Shown here in pieces: positions 60,741 through 64,000 of a stretch of 64,000 bases of DNA (its first letter is position 1; every line of letters starts with the position of its first letter). Origin of the DNA: Pecten maximus (Eukaryota); assembly GCF_902652985.1 (NCBI RefSeq), contig NC_047020.1, positions 15,624,001 to 15,688,000 on the forward strand. Direction: 5' to 3'. The position numbers were made by a program, and so were the translations under genes. The notes under the pieces were generated by a model. It saw only the letters and a list, made by a program, of their open reading frames with translations, ran no database searches and was not told the origin of the DNA.

Positions 60741-62749
60741 TGATTAAGTGTGTGTATACATAATATTGAACATACAACATTTGGTGATCGATCATTAGCT
60801 GTCTATGTTTTTATTTTCACTGACTCCTCCATCATAATACAATTAGATTTGGATCCGCCCCCTACAGTAGGCCTCCAAAAGCCAAGCCACCCAATTCAAC
60901 TGCAAATTATTAATGCCCGGTCCTACATCATGAAAAAGAAGCTTGCATGCTCCATCATCTCAGCGACAGAGACCTATATAAGTAACAATACAATAATGAA
61001 TTTACAAGCCACACTGACCCACTCCTTTTACACTACTCCTCCTGTTTTACTGGGGAAACAAGGAAAAATACATTCCAGTGGAATGTCAAAATAGGAATTG
61101 AATACAGGTCTGTCATCTGATAATCTGATGTGGCTTTACCTCCTGAGCCAAAGAAGTATGCTCAGTCAGCTGAGTGCCTAAACCATATTTAACTCTATTG
61201 CTATGTACAAGACACACCGGCCTGCACTTTTTACAATGGCATTAGCTCATATATACATGTATGTCAACCACCTTGTGCAAATTGATTAACAGTAACAATG
61301 CATAGTGATATGTCACACTGGCATATGTCACATTTTATAGTCACCTCAGACAAAGTTGTTGTCATCATATACATGCATCGTCTCCATCTCGGAATATCAA
61401 TGATTGTGACTATATATTATATTAGTGTCATGTGCGAGAGGGGTTCTATATAATCAATTGGCACTTTGAACTTATTACAAACCCCTGAACCAGTGTTATC
61501 AATATTTGGCAGGAACTTTGCTTGGTAAAAGGTGTTTAAAATGTATTATAAAAAATTCTGAATTCCTTTACGACACACAATATGGTAGGATACAGGCCTA
61601 TATGTGACCAAAGCATTGTTAGTTTGAGTCCCAACACAGGCACAGTGTTGTATCCTTGAACAAAATACTTCATTCTGTTGTGTTCAAGTCGACTTCTATA
61701 AAAGATGGTGGTTGGGCAGTACAAGAAATGTTGTGTGTAAGCTGTTAGCAGTTCTGTCTGTATGATACCCAGGAAGTTTGGAAAAAATTCTATGGTTGCT
61801 AAATACAATTAAAACTATTAAAGGCCCAGTAATAATTTGTGAACCGCTTTTGAGATGGCTGTGTTGCTATATAATATGTCAAAGCTACGTTACAACCTTT
61901 AATTGAAATCCACAGATCAGATATGACACATTGGATTGACAGGATGTTTACACAGTGGTATTTATATTATATAGCTAATCAACTTGAACATTGTTCTTCA
62001 AACTTTTAACGTAGATGGAATTGGAAGCATGGGATATACCGGTAATAGTTGATGGTATAAAACTTTTGGCTCTTACCACAGGCGTCACTGCCTTCATACA
62101 GGATCTTAAAGAGATGAGGTCAAATTGGCTAAAATTTCATCAAATGTTTTGTTCAGAGCCAAGCCAATTTCTCTTCATTAGTTCTTTTAATGTTATACTA
62201 ATTGGATAGGGTCATGGAAAAACTTCATGAGATATTGAGTATTCAACGTATAAAAAGAAAGCAAGTATTTTTTATTTTACAATTATCAACCTTTTTCAGG
62301 TGAATACAAAGATTTATCAACCTGAGAAAGTGATGTTTCGCGAGGCATGTTAATATTGCATCTAATTTTGACCTGTGCAGACTGTTTTAATAGACGAATC
62401 AGCATTGAGTAAATACTGTAATCATATAATAAATTGAATTATTAGCTTTGGAAATACATTTTTCCTTTGAATTATACACAGTCTTTTAGTTATCAGAGTT
62501 CAAGATAACCAAGTTTGACTGTAGTGTATTGTTATTGGACAGATTGCAGCTCTAAAATAATGAACGTGTTGCAGCTCTAAAATAATGAACGTGTTGGTGT
62601 TGGTGTTTACATGCATGTATATCTGAATTTAGGTGATTGCTAAGGTGCCAAATAAATGCCCAATGAGATGCATTGCTAACTAAATAACTTTTTAAGAATG
62701 TATTTGATTTTTTGTGACATTATTGAATTTTACAGGTTACACAGGAAAC

Positions 62750-64000
62750 ATGGCGTGGCGTTTCAAGATTTCAAAGTATAAAAATGCTGCAGCAAAATTC
62801 CCAAAACGAGAGGTATTTTATATCTGAAATCAACATTAAAATCTAGTCATGCTGCTACTATAAAGAGGTTTGAAAGTAATTAAGATCAAAGGATAAGACA
62901 GCCTTTTAATATTTTGATGGTATTAAATTGATGCTGGTATAGAAGAAATGAGTGATGTTACAGAATTATTTAAATGTATATAAATACATGTACTAAAAGT
63001 TGTCAATGATCACATGAATTTTCATAAATGGGAAAATAATTTGATATGTACAATAAGATGGCATCAACCAAGATGATTTATGTTTAATGTGTTTGTTACC
63101 AAAATATCAAAATCTGGTATTTGTAGCATGATATTCAACCCAGTAATATTATACTGAAAACAGACTAACCAGTCTAAATGCCACCTCAATTTATACTGAA
63201 AGTTATAAAACAGAGTGCAGTAAGTACCAATTTTATAGATTTTCGTTTGTCTTGGTCAGGAGAATCCAGATAGAACCAATAACCTTCCTTGCATTGGTAA
63301 GCGGTTATCAGCATCTGCCATCAAGACAAAATGTGAGGATTTGCCAAGCAAGGCATTGGGAAAGAAAAAGGGTAGTTGTGGAGTGGGAAGAAGATCCCGA
63401 TATATTGTTGTAGTGTGTGTTGCTGATTGATGTTAGCTCTACTAATGGAGATAATCATTTTCTTTTGTACAGGAATGGATACCAGAATTATCAGTAGGGA
63501 ACTTAATGCAATCCTGTGGTAATCATATCAAAGCCAGCGGTGCTTTCATGGCTTTCAACACTGTTCATACAGGTACAGTCAACTTTTAGATATTTCATTA
63601 ATCATTGTATGTCTTTTCATGTATTAATCATGTACTTGTTTTCAGTTTTGTAGCTATTTTAGAAGTCTGTGGTGATGGACTAAAAATGAAAACGCCAAAA
63701 GGTTAACAATGCCTTCATCAAAATTTCTTCCAAAATCTTACCTAGACACCATTGCCATTTCTTAATCAAACATTGGTCATGCTTATCAAATGCATGTACA
63801 TATGTATCTATTTATAAAAAAAATGATAAAAAAAAAGCTCTCCTCAAAAGTATGTTGTATATATAACTTAGTGAAATACCTTTTACTTGAAAATTATTAA
63901 CCTCCTGGTCTTGATCATAGCCAAACTTGTTAATAACTGCAATATAAACATCACACATTCATCAATATTATCTTTTCCAGGTGGTGGTAGCCTAGGGATA
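62750..64000 (+). CDS. CORO7: Coronin-7 / pod1 homolog, 5' part (continues beyond the window)
   Basis: Exons 62750-62812, 63473-63572, 63981->64000: MAWRFKISKYKNAAAKFPKRE EWIPELSVGNLMQSCGNHIKASGAFMAFNTVHT GGGSLGI, matching the coronin-7/pod1 N-terminus. Confidence 0.9.

Overview
AT-rich, intron-containing animal genomic DNA. The repeat types and gene style suggest a bivalve mollusc (inference). I assembled five spliced genes by hand using GT-AG junctions with consistent phases. (1) A two-macrodomain PARP, + strand, 832-13470, 10 exons, about 742 aa. Its catalytic domain is tankyrase-like with an H-Y-E triad and a Cys3His loop insert, and there are duplicated IRF/ISRE-like motifs upstream. (2) NDUFC2-like complex I subunit, - strand, 23992-27073. 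(3) PRMT9, + strand, 27280-40973, head-to-head with NDUFC2. (4) DNAJA3/Tid1, - strand, 46263-60409, with two alternative last coding exons. (5) The 5' end of coronin-7/pod1, + strand, from 62750, head-to-head with DNAJA3, the same pairing as human 16p13.3. Introns and intergenic DNA hold a 5'-truncated but stop-free DD34E Tc1 transposase, tRNA-derived SINEs sharing one tail, Helentron-associated (HINE-like) elements, nested MITEs with clear target-site duplications, long-hairpin elements, a CR1-type LINE remnant and many minisatellites. Two of the minisatellites in PRMT9 are arrays of splice-donor consensus sites. There are no CRISPR arrays, rRNA genes or true tRNA genes.
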